The notes: generated from the sequence alone by a model not told the origin. Numbered from the stretch's first letter, positions 1 through 12,192 are shown. The stretch: 64,000 nt of DNA from Thermodesulfobacteriota bacterium (GCA_964291405.2 OZ219926.1:256001-320000), one strand, 5' to 3'. Made by a program: numbers and translations.

Positions 1-272
1 GGAGTCAGGCCCAAGTCGGCCTGATAAATCGCCTTTTCCACATCACCGATGATATTTTTTTCGTATGGCTGGACAACAAGGAGGCGGGCTTCTGGTGCAG
101 ACAAAGAGGCGAGTTGATTGAGTGGAGTTGGGGACCCGTAATACTCGACCATCACGCCTTCGATTAATGATGTGGAGGCACGGCCGGTGCGCACTTTCGA
201 AAACTCGACACGGAGCGACCCAAGTGTTTGCTCCATTTCTTGCTTCATTTGTTCCAAAACTTCGGCGCTCAT
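1..272 (-). CDS. frr: Ribosome recycling factor (3' end outside window)
   Basis: Manual translation from ATG at 272, overlapping the pyrH stop: [77 protein letters not shown] and YYG motifs; canonical rpsB-tsf-pyrH-frr order. Not in the ORF track. Confidence 0.95.
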   Translation of the reverse strand, partial: MSAEVLEQMKQEMEQTLGSLRVEFSKVRTGRASTSLIEGVMVEYYGSPTPLNQLASLSAPEARLLVVQPYEKNIIGDVEKAIYQADLGLT

Positions 273-1000
273 AGCTCCCCTCCATTGACCACCGTTCCAA
301 TAGGCTCTCCACGTACCACACGCTGGATATTGCCAGGCTCAAGCATACTGAACACAATGATGGGGAGATGATTATCCATACATAATGATATGGCAGTGGA
401 GTCCATGACCTTGAGGTTTTGCTGTAAGACTTCGAGATATGTCAAGTGTTGATATCGCTCGGCCGTCGAATCTGTCATCGGGTCAGCACTATAGATCCCG
501 TCAACCTTGGTTGCTTTAAAAATGGCTTGCGCCCCAATTTCCATCGCTCGCAAGCTGGCGGCGGTGTCCGTGGTAAAATACGGATTCCCGGTGCCAGAAG
601 CAAAAATGACGACGCGGCCTTTCTCAAGATGGCGGGTTGCGCGCCGTCGAATATACGGCTCCGCCACCTGCGATACGGTCAGGGCTGACATCACGCGCGT
701 AGGGACCTCCACCTTCTCCAAAGCTTCCTGCATGGCTAAACTATTGATCACCGTAGCCAGCATCCCCATATAATCGCCGGTCGCCCGCGCAATCCCTCTT
801 GAACTCGCGTCTACCCCACGCAGTATATTGCCTCCACCGAGGACCAAAGCGATCTCACATCCCAGCGCATGAATCTCCTGAATCTCGCCGGCGATGCGGG
901 CTAAGACAGCGTCGTCAATCCCATAGCCTCGTTCGCCAGCGAGGGCCTCTCCTCCCAACTTGAGGAGAACACGCTGGTATGGTGCAGCCTTTGTCGCCAT
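269..1000 (-). CDS. pyrH: UMP kinase
   Basis: [34 protein letters not shown] and KVDGIY motifs; synteny. Confidence 0.98.
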   Translation of the reverse strand: MATKAAPYQRVLLKLGGEALAGERGYGIDDAVLARIAGEIQEIHALGCEIALVLGGGNILRGVDASSRGIARATGDYMGMLATVINSLAMQEALEKVEVPTRVMSALTVSQVAEPYIRRRATRHLEKGRVVIFASGTGNPYFTTDTAASLRAMEIGAQAIFKATKVDGIYSADPMTDSTAERYQHLTYLEVLQQNLKVMDSTAISLCMDNHLPIIVFSMLEPGNIQRVVRGEPIGTVVNGGEL

Positions 1001-1005
1001 GCGGC

Positions 1006-1629
1006 CTACTCAGTCCCCCCGTCAGCGGCGCTCGCTTCTCCGATCTGGAAACGCGCAAATCGGTGGACGACAATATTTTCACCCGTCTTACTCACTGCAT
1101 CATTGACAATCTCTTGCACAGTTTTGCTCGGCTCCCGAATATAGGCTTGTTCGAGCAAACATACTTCGCTGTAAAACTTCTCAACTTTTCCTGAAACGAT
1201 CTTCTCAATAACCTGCGCTGGTTTTCCGGACGCTTCGGCCTGTGTCTGGTAGACCGTCCGCTCCCGATCGAGCTCTACCTCAGTAATGTCTTCTCGACGC
1301 ACGCAGCGTGGATTTGCGGCAGCCACTTGCATCGCAATATCTTTGACAAGCTGTTGGAACTCCTCGGTCCGAGCCACAAAGTCAGTCTCGCAATTCACTT
1401 CAACCAAGACGCCGATCTTGCCACCCCCGTGAATATAGGAGCCAACCACGCCCTGCTCTGCCGCACGTCCGGCCCGCTTTGCGGCAGCGGCCAATCCTTT
1501 CTCGCGAAGAAAGTCAATGGCTTTTTCAATATTACCGTTATTTTCGGCGAGCGCTTTTTTACAGTTGACAATACCCGCGCCTGTCCGCTCGCGCAGTTCT
1601 TTTACCTGGGCCATCGAAATATCACTCAC
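1006..1629 (-). CDS. tsf: Translation elongation factor Ts (short form, 207 aa)
   Basis: [11 protein letters not shown] and [11 protein letters not shown] motifs; lies between rpsB and pyrH. Confidence 0.98.
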   Translation of the reverse strand: MSDISMAQVKELRERTGAGIVNCKKALAENNGNIEKAIDFLREKGLAAAAKRAGRAAEQGVVGSYIHGGGKIGVLVEVNCETDFVARTEEFQQLVKDIAMQVAAANPRCVRREDITEVELDRERTVYQTQAEASGKPAQVIEKIVSGKVEKFYSEVCLLEQAYIREPSKTVQEIVNDAVSKTGENIVVHRFARFQIGEASAADGGTE

Positions 1630-2480
1630 GCCTCGTCCCCTTCCTCAATAGACGCCGCCTCTGTCGGAGTGTCTTCGGCTTGCACCTCAGGAGATGGCGC
1701 GGGAGCTTCCGTCATATCCGGTCCAGCGTGCGTTTCTGTTTCTTCTTGGTTCGCTTGGTCAAGGGCTTCACCTTCGCCTTGTTGCTGCTCTTGATACAGC
1801 GTCCGCCCTTCTATGGAGGCGTCAGCGATAGCATCCACAAAAAGACGAATCGCACGAATGGCATCATCATTCCCTGGGATTTTATGCGTGATAAGATCTG
1901 GATCACAGTTTGAATCAATCGCCGCGACAACTGGTAGACCGAGCTTATTTGCCTCCCGCACGGCGATTTCTTCCTTCTTGGTGTCAACGACAAATATCGC
2001 ATCAGGCAGCTTCCGCATCGTTTTGATGCCACCTAACACATTCATCAGCTTATCCCGCTCCCGGCTAATTCCCAAGAGTTCTTTCTTCGTCAGCGCGTCA
2101 GCAATCGCGGATGTTTCGAGCATCTCTTCGACGCGTTTCAGCCGATCGATAGACTTCCGGATGGTTTGAAAGTTCGTTAACATCCCACCCAGCCAGCGGT
2201 TATTGATATAAAACATTTCACACCGCTCGGCTGCTTCGCGCACGACTTCCTGCGCCTGCTTCTTGGTCCCGACAAAGAGAATCTGCCCACCATCTTCGAC
2301 CAGATCTCGAATAAAGCCGCACGCGTCACGCAACATTCCCACGGTCTGCTGCAAGTCGATGATGTGGATTCCGTTGCGGGCACCAAAAATATAAGGCTTC
2401 ATCTTTGGGTTCCAGCGACTCGTCTGGTGGCCAAAGTGAACCCCAGCCTCAAGCAATTGCTTGATCGTAATTTCAACCAT
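1626..2480 (-). CDS. rpsB: 30S ribosomal protein S2 with acidic C-terminal tail
   Basis: [40 protein letters not shown]. Confidence 0.99.
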   Translation of the reverse strand: MVEITIKQLLEAGVHFGHQTSRWNPKMKPYIFGARNGIHIIDLQQTVGMLRDACGFIRDLVEDGGQILFVGTKKQAQEVVREAAERCEMFYINNRWLGGMLTNFQTIRKSIDRLKRVEEMLETSAIADALTKKELLGISRERDKLMNVLGGIKTMRKLPDAIFVVDTKKEEIAVREANKLGLPVVAAIDSNCDPDLITHKIPGNDDAIRAIRLFVDAIADASIEGRTLYQEQQQGEGEALDQANQEETETHAGPDMTEAPAPSPEVQAEDTPTEAASIEEGDEA

Positions 2481-2540
2481 GTAGAGGGCACCTTTCTTTC
2501 TTAATTATGCGTGGAATATGCTTGATTTCAGGGAGAAATT

Positions 2541-2569
2541 TTGTATCAAAGGCGAAAAATCTTTGCAAC
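2541..2569 (-). promoter_or_regulatory. Putative sigma70 promoter for rpsB-tsf-pyrH-frr
   Basis: Minus strand reads TTGCAA-17 nt-TACAAA with a TG just upstream of the -10, about 60 nt before the rpsB start. Confidence 0.45.
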
Positions 2570-2582
2570 GCGCCAGAGAGCG

Positions 2583-3911
2583 CTATTGATTCATGGATTC
2601 AAGAAATTCTTGATTGTCCTTTGTCCCCTGGATTTTATCCATAAGAAATTCCATTGCTTCGACGGCGTTCATTTGGGTCAACAATTGTCTGAGAAGCCGC
2701 ACTCGGTCCAAGGCCTTCTTAGTCAGCAACATCTCTTCCTTGCGGGTACCAGAGCGGCCAACATCCATGGCAGGGAAAATCCGCTTATCCATCAGGCGGC
2801 GGTCCAGGTGGATTTCCATATTACCAGTCCCTTTGAATTCTTCAAAGATGACCTCATCCATACGACTACCGGTATCGACCAGGGCCGTCCCAATAATAGT
2901 TAAACTCCCCCCATCTTCAATGTTGCGCGCCGCTCCAAAGAATTTTTTCGGCATACGTAAGGCATTGGCATCGACACCACCAGACAGCAATTTCCCACTC
3001 GGCGGAACCACAGCGTTATTCGCGCGCGCTAAGCGGGTAATACTGTCGAGTAAGACGACAACGTCTTTTCCATGCTCGACCAGACGTTTTGCTTTTTCTA
3101 AGACCATCTCAGCCACCTGTACGTGCCGATTCGCCGGTTCGTCAAACGTCGAACTCACAACCTCGGCGCGGACTGAGCGCTGCATATCGGTGACTTCCTC
3201 CGGTCGCTCGTCAATCAATAAGACAATCAAAATGACCTCTTTATGATTGTGAACAATGCCATGCGCCAAACTTTGCAGCATCATGGTCTTGCCCGTACGA
3301 GGAGCGGCAACGATCAAACCACGCTGCCCTTTTCCTATGGGAGTGAACAGATCAATGGTCCGCGTTGTATACTCCTCAAGATTGTGTTCGAGCCGGAGTT
3401 GTTCCTCGGGGTAGAGGGGCGTCAAATTGTCAAAAAGGATTTTATCTCGGGCGCGTTCAGGCTCCTCATAGTTCGTTGCTTCAACTTTCAGCAACGCAAA
3501 ATAACGCTCGCCTTCCTTAGGCGGACGGATTTGCCCAGCCACCACGTCTCCGGTCCGGAGATTAAACCGTCGAATCTGGCTCGGTGACACATAAATATCA
3601 TCCGGCCCCGGTAGATAATTGTAGTCAGGAGAACGGAGAAAACCGAATCCGTCAGAGAGAATCTCTAACACTCCCTCGCCGTAGATGAAGCCGCTCTGCT
3701 CGGCCTGGGCTTGGAGAATAGAAAAAATCAAGTCTTGCTTCCGGAGACTGGAGGCTCCCTCGACATTAAAATTCCGTGCAATCTCCGCCAGTTCTCCAAT
3801 TTTCTTTGATTTCAGAGACTTAAGGTTCAGACCGACATCTTCGCCGTCTCCATTAATACGAACCTCCTGAAGTCCATTTGCATTATTACTCTTTGCGGCC
3901 GTTCGACCCAT
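2583..3911 (-). CDS. rho: Transcription termination factor Rho
   Basis: [26 protein letters not shown], Walker [27 protein letters not shown]. Confidence 0.99.
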   Translation of the reverse strand: MGRTAAKSNNANGLQEVRINGDGEDVGLNLKSLKSKKIGELAEIARNFNVEGASSLRKQDLIFSILQAQAEQSGFIYGEGVLEILSDGFGFLRSPDYNYLPGPDDIYVSPSQIRRFNLRTGDVVAGQIRPPKEGERYFALLKVEATNYEEPERARDKILFDNLTPLYPEEQLRLEHNLEEYTTRTIDLFTPIGKGQRGLIVAAPRTGKTMMLQSLAHGIVHNHKEVILIVLLIDERPEEVTDMQRSVRAEVVSSTFDEPANRHVQVAEMVLEKAKRLVEHGKDVVVLLDSITRLARANNAVVPPSGKLLSGGVDANALRMPKKFFGAARNIEDGGSLTIIGTALVDTGSRMDEVIFEEFKGTGNMEIHLDRRLMDKRIFPAMDVGRSGTRKEEMLLTKKALDRVRLLRQLLTQMNAVEAMEFLMDKIQGTKDNQEFLESMNQ

Positions 3912-4129
3912 ATCTTCCTCCTATGCAGTAGTAAACTGGAGGGATGTATCCTTGGTATTACACATTGCCGAGGCATAGCCGCCTCGGACGCCAATTGCCC
4001 GTATTAGGGGAAAAACCATCAAGAAACAGCGGTATGACCGGTGAGAAATTCTTTTTCAGAGTGATCTACAAAGGACGGTTTATCCTCTGAGAGATACTTC
4101 CATATAATATACCGTCACCAACCTGTCAA
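3912..4129 (-). promoter_or_regulatory. rho promoter and long 5' leader (possible autoregulatory region)
   Basis: TTGACA on the minus strand at 4124-4129 followed by an AT-rich TATATTATAT stretch (spacing imperfect). The leader of about 200 nt contains the hairpin CCGAGGC-6 nt-GCCTCGG near 3968-3987. Confidence 0.4.
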
Positions 4130-4138
4130 CGAAAAGAC

Positions 4139-5074
4139 TCACTCCCAGACAGAGGACAGCTCCAGCAGGAGTCCGGCAAAATCAGCAGGATAAGGCGCCT
4201 GAATTGTTACCACTGTATGGTCTTGTGGGTGTATGAATTCGATAGCCGCAGCATGCAATGCCTGACGAGGAAAGTGCCGGATCTCAGGGAGCAGTGTTTT
4301 CTCCATACGCCGCGATCCATACAGACCATCCCCTATGATAGGGTGGTTGAGCGCAGCGAGGTGAACCCGCAGCTGGTGGGTCCGGCCAGTCTTAGGAAAG
4401 AGCTGGACAAGGGAGACACTCCGACACGACTCCAGAACTTCATACCGACTGACCGCTGGACGGCTCTTCCGTGCGTGGATGGACATTTTCTTCCGGTCCT
4501 GTGGATGCCGACCAATAGGAAAAGAAATCTCTCCCTCATGCTGCGGTAGGCAGCCGACCACGACGGCTCGGTAGGTTTTGCGCACCTGTCTCGATTTAAA
4601 CTGTTCAGCGAGGGCTTCCAACGCCGTATGATGCTTTGCGACGAGCAGGACGCCGGACGTATCCTTATCAAGTCTATGTACAATCCCCGGACGGAGCGAT
4701 GCTTCTTCGATATTCCATCCCCAGCGTGCCAGCAAGGCGTTCACCACCGTACCATGCCACTGACCGGGGGCGGGATGCACAACCATACCGGGCGGTTTGT
4801 TAATCGCGGCCAGACTATCATCTTCGTACAAGATATCGAGTGGAATATCTTCAGGCACGGCGGTCGTTGGTTGTGAAGGAAGGGGAGAGATTTCTATGAT
4901 TTCACCGCTGCGGACAGGATAGCTCGCCTTTTGGGGAGCTCCGTCTACCAAAACACAGCCGCGTTTAATGAACAGCTTGGCCTGGGACCGACTGATTTCC
5001 GCTAGGGAGGCAACCACCAAGTCTAAACGCTGACCGACCCGGGCGGGCGGAATCTGAAGATGCTGGATGGTCAC
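4139..5074 (-). CDS. rluD: RluA/RluD family pseudouridine synthase with S4 domain
   Basis: N-terminal S4 (RLD...SRSQA), NKPPGMVVHP, catalytic HRLDKDTSG, GRTHQLRVH. Confidence 0.93.
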   Translation of the reverse strand: MTIQHLQIPPARVGQRLDLVVASLAEISRSQAKLFIKRGCVLVDGAPQKASYPVRSGEIIEISPLPSQPTTAVPEDIPLDILYEDDSLAAINKPPGMVVHPAPGQWHGTVVNALLARWGWNIEEASLRPGIVHRLDKDTSGVLLVAKHHTALEALAEQFKSRQVRKTYRAVVVGCLPQHEGEISFPIGRHPQDRKKMSIHARKSRPAVSRYEVLESCRSVSLVQLFPKTGRTHQLRVHLAALNHPIIGDGLYGSRRMEKTLLPEIRHFPRQALHAAAIEFIHPQDHTVVTIQAPYPADFAGLLLELSSVWE

Positions 5075-6009
5075 GAGGGAGTATTTTCCGTTGAGGAGAG
5101 GAAGCGACGAGCCTGGTCAGCATCCTCTCGTATCTGCTGCACGAGTTCTTCGACCGACGAGAACTTCCGCTCTGCTCGAAGATGCTTGACAAAGCCCACC
5201 CGGAGACGTTTTCCATACAGGTTGGCGGAGAAGTCAAAGAGGTTCGTTTCAACCGTTCTCTGATTTTCGCCAAAAGTGGGATTCACCCCAACATTTGCTA
5301 CGGCATTATACTCCCTGTCGTCCACACAGGCCCGGACCGCGTATACTCCATTGGGTAAAAGGACTGATGTCCGAGGACGGATATTCGCAGTCGGGAATCC
5401 GATCTGCCGACCACGCTGAAATCCTTTAACAACCCGGCCGCTTACCGTATACGGCTGCTCCAGCAGTTTGGTTGCTTCGGACAGTTTGCCAGCTTGGAGC
5501 AGTGAGCGCACCGCCGTACTGCTGACTTCTTGCCGCCCCACAGTCACCGACCCTATGACCTCCACCTCAAATCCCCACCGTTTTCCCAGAGAGCTAAGCA
5601 GGCGTACATTGCCGGCCCGGTCTCGGCCAAAACTGAAATTATGCCCGACCAAAATCTTTTCGACACCAATTGAGTCGAGCAGATATTGACGCACAAACGC
5701 TTCGGGGACGAGTTGGGAAAAGTCGAGCCCAAACCGCTGTAACACGATCCCATCGACACCCAACTCAGCAATCCTCTGGAGCTTCTCACGTAAACTGAGA
5801 ATCAACGGCACTGGACTTCCGGGCCGCAACACCGAAAGGGGGTGAGGGTAAAATGTCATAGCCAGAGCGGTTCCCTGGCGCGCTCTGGCCTCCTCAACAA
5901 GCCGAGAGAGAATCATCCGGTGGCCTAAATGCACCCCATCGAAATTTCCGAGACCAATAACCGGATGGGGGAACGGCGAGTGGCGCGAGGCGTGTCGGAT
6001 AATTTTCAT
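5071..6009 (-). CDS. ribF: Bifunctional riboflavin kinase / FAD synthetase
   Basis: GNFDGVHLGH, SSTAVR, GRQIGFPTAN, NVGVNPTF, LYGK...LRAERKF. Confidence 0.97.
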   Translation of the reverse strand: MKIIRHASRHSPFPHPVIGLGNFDGVHLGHRMILSRLVEEARARQGTALAMTFYPHPLSVLRPGSPVPLILSLREKLQRIAELGVDGIVLQRFGLDFSQLVPEAFVRQYLLDSIGVEKILVGHNFSFGRDRAGNVRLLSSLGKRWGFEVEVIGSVTVGRQEVSSTAVRSLLQAGKLSEATKLLEQPYTVSGRVVKGFQRGRQIGFPTANIRPRTSVLLPNGVYAVRACVDDREYNAVANVGVNPTFGENQRTVETNLFDFSANLYGKRLRVGFVKHLRAERKFSSVEELVQQIREDADQARRFLSSTENTPS

Positions 6010-6044
6010 ACTCAGTGCCCCGAAGAAGTCCAGGGGTGGGTATG

Positions 6045-6878
6045 CTAACGTCCAAGCGTCTGAAGCATGGTTTGTGCCTCAAGCGTTTGGGTGGCTGACG
6101 GGTGGTCGCTGACGAGCTTCTGGAGGATCAGGCGGGCGTCCGTCTTATCTCCAATCGCAAGAAATGCCTGGGCTTGTCGCAGGAGGGCTGCGGCAACGCG
6201 ATCCCCCCGTCGGTATGAGAGAACATCATTAAACTCAAGGATGGCTCGATTATAGTCATTTTGGACGTAGTGGCTCTCGCCTATCCAATACTGTGCATCA
6301 TCCGCCATTTGCGATTCAGAGCAACGACGCTGAAAGGTGCGGAATTCCTGAATAGCAGGATTATACTTTTGTTCTTGAAAGAGCCGGACTGCCCCTCGAT
6401 AAAGGTCTTGACACTCTGGAGTATCAGTCGTCGAAGGTAGGCTGATGGAGGCTGGGGGAGTTCTCGGCGGATCAAGAGGGAAAGGGAGAGAGGAGGTAGT
6501 AGGCATACGAGCGCTTGGTCCAACAGGTTCATCCAATCCAGACCCGGGGTTGCGTCTGGCAGAGCGCAGCTGTCCTTCAACGGCGACCAACCGTTCCTCA
6601 AGGACGCCTAAGCGCTGCTCAATCTTACGCAGAGATGGGGCAGTTCCACTCTCCCGTTTAGAGAGACGGGTCAGGTTATGCCCGAACTCTTCAAGCTTGC
6701 CTTGCATCTGCTGGACCTTACGCTGGAGGCCATCAATCGAGGCGTCCGTATTGGCCACTTGGGTGCGTATTGCCCTGCGTTCGCTCTGCACCTGTTGCAG
6801 GTCCGCTTGGGTTGCGCATCCAGCAAGCCAGAAACCCAGCACGATTACAGGGCACAGCAGGCAACGACTAGCTCTCAC
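6045..6878 (-). CDS. cpoB: Tol-Pal system TPR lipoprotein CpoB/YbgF
   Basis: Lipobox LAGC, coiled coil, C-terminal TPRs (AQYWIGESHY); immediately downstream of pal. Start moved to GTG 6878 to avoid overlap with pal and give a 20-aa signal peptide. Confidence 0.88.
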   Translation of the reverse strand: MRASRCLLCPVIVLGFWLAGCATQADLQQVQSERRAIRTQVANTDASIDGLQRKVQQMQGKLEEFGHNLTRLSKRESGTAPSLRKIEQRLGVLEERLVAVEGQLRSARRNPGSGLDEPVGPSARMPTTSSLPFPLDPPRTPPASISLPSTTDTPECQDLYRGAVRLFQEQKYNPAIQEFRTFQRRCSESQMADDAQYWIGESHYVQNDYNRAILEFNDVLSYRRGDRVAAALLRQAQAFLAIGDKTDARLILQKLVSDHPSATQTLEAQTMLQTLGR

Positions 6879-6913
6879 AACACGTGTGTATGGCCAGAGC
6901 TGACGCCCGTTAC

Positions 6914-7450
6914 CTAGCGTAGGACTGAGAAATGGCCGCGTCGATTTCGCTGCCAACATGATTCATTCGCGTCAGTACATTGGGGTAGTTCTTCCCCGTA
7001 ACTAATGACGGAGAGCCGCTCAGCAGGGACCCCCAATGTAATGAGATAATCCTGCGCGGCACGGGCACGTTTTGCGCCAAGGGCGAGATTGTATTCGGCC
7101 GTCCCCCGATCATCGCAGTGCCCTTCAACTTCCACTTTCGCCTCGGCATTATTTTGCAACCAGTCGGCATTCGCTTGCAGGGTTTGCCGCGCCTCTTCAG
7201 ACAGCTCAAACGAGTCATAGCTAAAGAAGACGTCTTGTAAGGGCCCGCCCTCCCCCTCCTGCTGGACGCGCTCTTGGATGCGTTCGTCCTCCCCAACCGC
7301 AGATTCACCCATCCTCGACTCGCCAGAACCCGTACTCGGAGTGCTTCCATAGCTCATCGGCTGAGGAGATTGTTTCGGACATCCGATCAAGCCAAGAGAG
7401 AGCAGGAGGACACTGATCAGCCACCCACCACGGAATTTATTGTTATGCAT
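6914..7450 (-). CDS. pal: Peptidoglycan-associated lipoprotein
   Basis: Lipobox LIGC; OmpA-like domain EGHCDDRGTAEYNLALGAKRA, SYGEE, NRR. Confidence 0.97.
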   Translation of the reverse strand: MHNNKFRGGWLISVLLLSLGLIGCPKQSPQPMSYGSTPSTGSGESRMGESAVGEDERIQERVQQEGEGGPLQDVFFSYDSFELSEEARQTLQANADWLQNNAEAKVEVEGHCDDRGTAEYNLALGAKRARAAQDYLITLGVPAERLSVISYGEELPQCTDANESCWQRNRRGHFSVLR

Positions 7451-7481
7451 TCTTCACCATTTTTCCTCGTCCCACGCATAC

Positions 7482-8783
7482 TTATGGGAGGCGTGGTGAC
7501 CACGCCGGACTAGTATCATTTCCACTTCCCCCGGTCAATTGCTGTATGCTCTGGCCGTCTCGACTTGCCAGATAGAGTCGCCCTCGTCGCGTCACCGCAA
7601 GATAGCGGCCGTCCGGCGACCACGACGGGTGCTCACCACGGACAATGTGCGTGGCTTCTCCACCGTTCGGATCGATTCCCATCACAAGAAATCCGCCTGA
7701 GCGGGACGTATAGGCGATCCGATCTCCTTTTGGAGACCAGGTGGGATCAGTATTATAGGCGCCCTGAAACGTAATCCGTTTGGGCTGTCCGGTTTCGATG
7801 TCCATCACATAAATCTGGGGGCTGCCACTCCGGCTCGAACAAAATGCCAGTCGGCGCCCGTCTGGCGACCAGGCGGGCGAGACGTCGATGCCGCTGTGGT
7901 GGGTTAAACGACGAATTAACCGACCTTTGGACGAGAGCAAGAAAAGATCAGAATTGCCATTCTGATCGAGACTGACAGCGATACGGGTGCCGTCCGGGGA
8001 CCAGCTTGCTCCATAGGCAATACGGGCGTCGAGCCGCGCCGACCGTCCACTCGCCAAATCGAGCTTAAACGAATGGGGTCCACCCTGCTTGTACGAGATA
8101 AATAAAAGTTCTGCCCCGGTTGGACTCCAGCTCGGTCCGAGGCTCAGCGTCCTGTCCTGCGTGACCCGGCGCACTTCGGCTCCACTCAGGTCGGTCACAT
8201 AGACTTCTTTGACCCGTCCATCAACACGGTCCGAGATGAAAGCGATCTTTGAATTAAAAGGTCCTTCTTCGCCGGTCAGGAAGAGCATGATCTGGTCGGC
8301 AAAGCGATGCGCCATACGGCGCACGTCACGTTTGTGTCCGATATACCGTCTGCCACCAAGCTGTTTTTGCTGGGTCACATCGAACAGGCGCGCCTCGATA
8401 GTCAATTGTTCCCCGTTCAGCCAAAAACCACCTTTGACCAGGGCTAACGCGTCCAGTACGGACCAGTTTTGAAAATTAATGCGGTCGAGCACAAACCCCT
8501 CTGGCCCTTCGATATACGCGCGCCGGTCGAGCACACGGAAAAGACCGGAGAGAGTGAGATCTCTGGCAACAGTACTGGCAAAGGTTTCCCCGATTTGTCG
8601 CTTGGCGTGGGAGTCCGGATTCGAAAGGGGCGAAAGGGCGATCGGAACTCCCGCCCCGCCGGGTTTCGGCACTTCAATACGTATTTGTGCAGGAGCCGGC
8701 GTAGCCAATACCGCAAGTGCAGCAATTACCGTCAGCAGCACTCCCAGTCGAGTCATCCGCAGCGGCGGTCCTCCCCGGCTCAT
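7482..8783 (-). CDS. tolB: Tol-Pal beta-propeller protein TolB
   Basis: Signal peptide, AHRFAD, repeated PAWSPDG (PD40) motifs. Start taken as ATG 8783 directly after the tolA stop. Confidence 0.95.
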   Translation of the reverse strand: MSRGGPPLRMTRLGVLLTVIAALAVLATPAPAQIRIEVPKPGGAGVPIALSPLSNPDSHAKRQIGETFASTVARDLTLSGLFRVLDRRAYIEGPEGFVLDRINFQNWSVLDALALVKGGFWLNGEQLTIEARLFDVTQQKQLGGRRYIGHKRDVRRMAHRFADQIMLFLTGEEGPFNSKIAFISDRVDGRVKEVYVTDLSGAEVRRVTQDRTLSLGPSWSPTGAELLFISYKQGGPHSFKLDLASGRSARLDARIAYGASWSPDGTRIAVSLDQNGNSDLFLLSSKGRLIRRLTHHSGIDVSPAWSPDGRRLAFCSSRSGSPQIYVMDIETGQPKRITFQGAYNTDPTWSPKGDRIAYTSRSGGFLVMGIDPNGGEATHIVRGEHPSWSPDGRYLAVTRRGRLYLASRDGQSIQQLTGGSGNDTSPAWSPRLP

Positions 8784-8784
8784 T

Positions 8785-9744
8785 TCACTCGCCCCGAACC
8801 TGCGGCGACCGAGCGCGCCGCGTCTCGCCAAAAACCACCTCAATCTTTTGCCGAGTAAATTCGTTTCGGTAGGCCTCTGGTGGGGGAGGAAGCGGATTGG
8901 CCTTTCTCACCGCGCGTATTGCGGATTCATCGAAAACAATATCACCGGACCGTTCGGCCAACTCCACCCCGACAACCTCGCCATTGGCCAGGATACCGAA
9001 CCGGACTACTGCCGTAAGACCAGACTTATGCTCGGCAACGATCCAACTTTGCTTTACCCGCTGTTTCACCTCTTGCGTGTATAAAATAAAGGGAAGTCCC
9101 CGCAGCGTATCACCGCCTCCGCCCCCGGACGCCGAGATTGAGTGAGAGGTCTCGGCGGTTTGACGCTGGTCAGCCTGCACCCGCTGCCGGATTTTTTCTA
9201 CGGCCGCCGCGATCTGCTGCTCACGGTCCTCAGCGCTCAGGCGTTGTTCCTCAGGTTCTTTGGGAGCCGATGATTGCGGCGGCGGTTTTCTTGCCTGCTC
9301 GGGTTTTTGGGCCTGAGGTTTTTTGACTTCCGTTTTTAACGGCGCCTTTTTGGGTGGTGGTTCTTTCTTCGAGGCTATTTTCACACTCTTTTTCGGCTTG
9401 GCTACTTTGAGTTTCTTTTCTGCCTTTGGCTTCTTTACCTCGACTTTCGGCGGCTGTGGCTTGGGTTTAGGTAAGGGTGTAACCGCCGCAGATTCTACCT
9501 TCTTAGGCTTAGGGCTGGGAGCTGGAGGAGGCTCGGTAGCGAGCCCCAAGGCAGCCGGAGCAACCAAAGAAACGGTATAGCTTTGGGGCGTCCAGGGCTT
9601 TGACTGAGGCGGGTCGGCAGCAGAGACCAGAGCCAGGAGCAGCCCAGCATGGAGCAGCCCAGAAAGCATCACCATACGGCCGAGCCGTTTATCCTGAGGC
9701 GGAGTGTTGTACGATTCCGGGTTTTTTTGGTTTTTTTTGATCAC
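8785..9744 (-). CDS. tolA: TolA (TonB-like energy transducer)
   Basis: TM helix with S-x3-H (SGLLH), Lys/Pro-rich linker, TonB_2 C-domain (SGDIVFDESAIRAV...PLPPPP); between tolR and tolB. Confidence 0.88.
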   Translation of the reverse strand: MIKKNQKNPESYNTPPQDKRLGRMVMLSGLLHAGLLLALVSAADPPQSKPWTPQSYTVSLVAPAALGLATEPPPAPSPKPKKVESAAVTPLPKPKPQPPKVEVKKPKAEKKLKVAKPKKSVKIASKKEPPPKKAPLKTEVKKPQAQKPEQARKPPPQSSAPKEPEEQRLSAEDREQQIAAAVEKIRQRVQADQRQTAETSHSISASGGGGGDTLRGLPFILYTQEVKQRVKQSWIVAEHKSGLTAVVRFGILANGEVVGVELAERSGDIVFDESAIRAVRKANPLPPPPEAYRNEFTRQKIEVVFGETRRARSPQVRGE

Positions 9745-9747
9745 GAC

Positions 9748-10185
9748 TTAGGATTGGTTTTGTTGGGTCAAGTCAGCTTCTGGAAGCGGCTCGGTCACCA
9801 TACCGAGCTTTGCTATACCCGCGCTCCGTATTGCCGCCATGACCGCAACGACTTTGCCATACACAACATCTTTATCTGCTCGGAGATAGACGGTCCGATC
9901 TGCCCGCAGCTCTACAATTGCAGTCAGTTTTTCACCCAGGGCGACAAGATCAAGGGGAGTATCGTTCAGGTGGACACGCCCCTCCCCATCTATCGCTACA
10001 ACCAACTGCTCCTCTGTATCAGAGACAAGGGGTCCGGCCTCTACAGCGGGCAACTCGACGTTGACGCCTTGCTGCAGGATAGGTGCGGTCACCATAAAGA
10101 TAACCAGAAGGACCAGCATCACATCAACGAAAGGAGTCACATTGATGTGTGAGATGCTCCCTTCATCGTACTGTTCAAAAGCCAT
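9748..10185 (-). CDS. tolR: TolR
   Basis: INVTPFVDVMLVLLVIFMVTAP; tol operon context. Confidence 0.94.
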   Translation of the reverse strand: MAFEQYDEGSISHINVTPFVDVMLVLLVIFMVTAPILQQGVNVELPAVEAGPLVSDTEEQLVVAIDGEGRVHLNDTPLDLVALGEKLTAIVELRADRTVYLRADKDVVYGKVVAVMAAIRSAGIAKLGMVTEPLPEADLTQQNQS

Positions 10186-10203
10186 GGTCTGGTATCCCCT
10201 CGT

Positions 10204-10950
10204 TTAGAGAAAGTGACGTTCGGCAATATTAAGGAATTCAGCCGAGAAATTCTCCATGTCCGTTGCCAGGACGCGGACCTTTCGACTGAAGTGATTATAG
10301 GCCATCACCGATGGAATCGCAGCGGCAAGCCCGATCGCGGTTGCAATCAGCGCCTCGGCAATACCGGGTGCGACAGCTTGAATGGTCGAGGTCCGAGTCA
10401 GACTCAAGCCCCGGAAGGCATTCATAATACCCCAGACTGTTCCAAAAAGACCAATAAATGGCGCAGTGCTGGCCGTTGTGGCTAAGAAAGTCAGCGCGCG
10501 CTCCAAACGGGTCACCTGCTCGCGCACGGCCCGGCGCATAGCGCGATCGATATTATCAATCCCGCCTTCTTCCGGAATGGTCAACGGAACAGGATCAGTA
10601 GCTTCTTCAGGTGACTTCCTCGTCCGGGTGAGACGCATGAGTTCTTGATAGCCCGCTCGAAAGACCTGGGCGAGCGGACTTTCCTGCATTTCGAGGGCCG
10701 CAGTGTGAATAGCGGGGAGATTCTTGGTTTCCCAAAATATCGTGGTAAAGCGCTCAGACTCCCGCCTGGCTTGACGCAGTTGGCGAAATTTATAGAGCAT
10801 GATACCCCAACTCACGATGGAGAAGCCCAAGAGGATATAGAGGACGGCCAGGACCACCGGTCCTGAGCCTGTCACCATATCGATAATACTGTGGGACTGC
10901 CGAAGCGGAACATCGGCCTGAAGCGCAAAACGCCCAAGAAAACCATCCAT
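10204..10950 (-). CDS. tolQ: TolQ
   Basis: PFIGLFGTVWGIM, VAPGIAEALIATAIGL. Start at ATG 10950 has a GGGAG Shine-Dalgarno. Confidence 0.94.
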   Translation of the reverse strand: MDGFLGRFALQADVPLRQSHSIIDMVTGSGPVVLAVLYILLGFSIVSWGIMLYKFRQLRQARRESERFTTIFWETKNLPAIHTAALEMQESPLAQVFRAGYQELMRLTRTRKSPEEATDPVPLTIPEEGGIDNIDRAMRRAVREQVTRLERALTFLATTASTAPFIGLFGTVWGIMNAFRGLSLTRTSTIQAVAPGIAEALIATAIGLAAAIPSVMAYNHFSRKVRVLATDMENFSAEFLNIAERHFL

Positions 10951-11137
10951 TAGTCCACTCCCCACCCTCCACACACCGGTTGGCACACATTGGGGGCTTC
11001 GTTCCTACCGTGATCGGGGAAGCCTCAAATCATCATCATTGATTGGTAGGACTAATACATGAGGAGAATCGAGTCAATCGTTTTCCTGAGGTTGGTCACT
11101 TTTACGTGACGGGCTTTCACCGGACACGAAAGTATGA

Positions 11138-12184
<1,047 letters not shown>

Positions 12185-12192
12185 GTAACCCC

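Noticed and set aside
1006-1629. Short EF-Ts as a possible truncation
   Set aside because: The roughly 200-aa form is a well-known natural variant and both termini are intact.
9150-9560. Lys/Pro-rich low-complexity stretch in tolA
   Set aside because: Normal TolA/TonB periplasmic linker, not a DNA repeat element.
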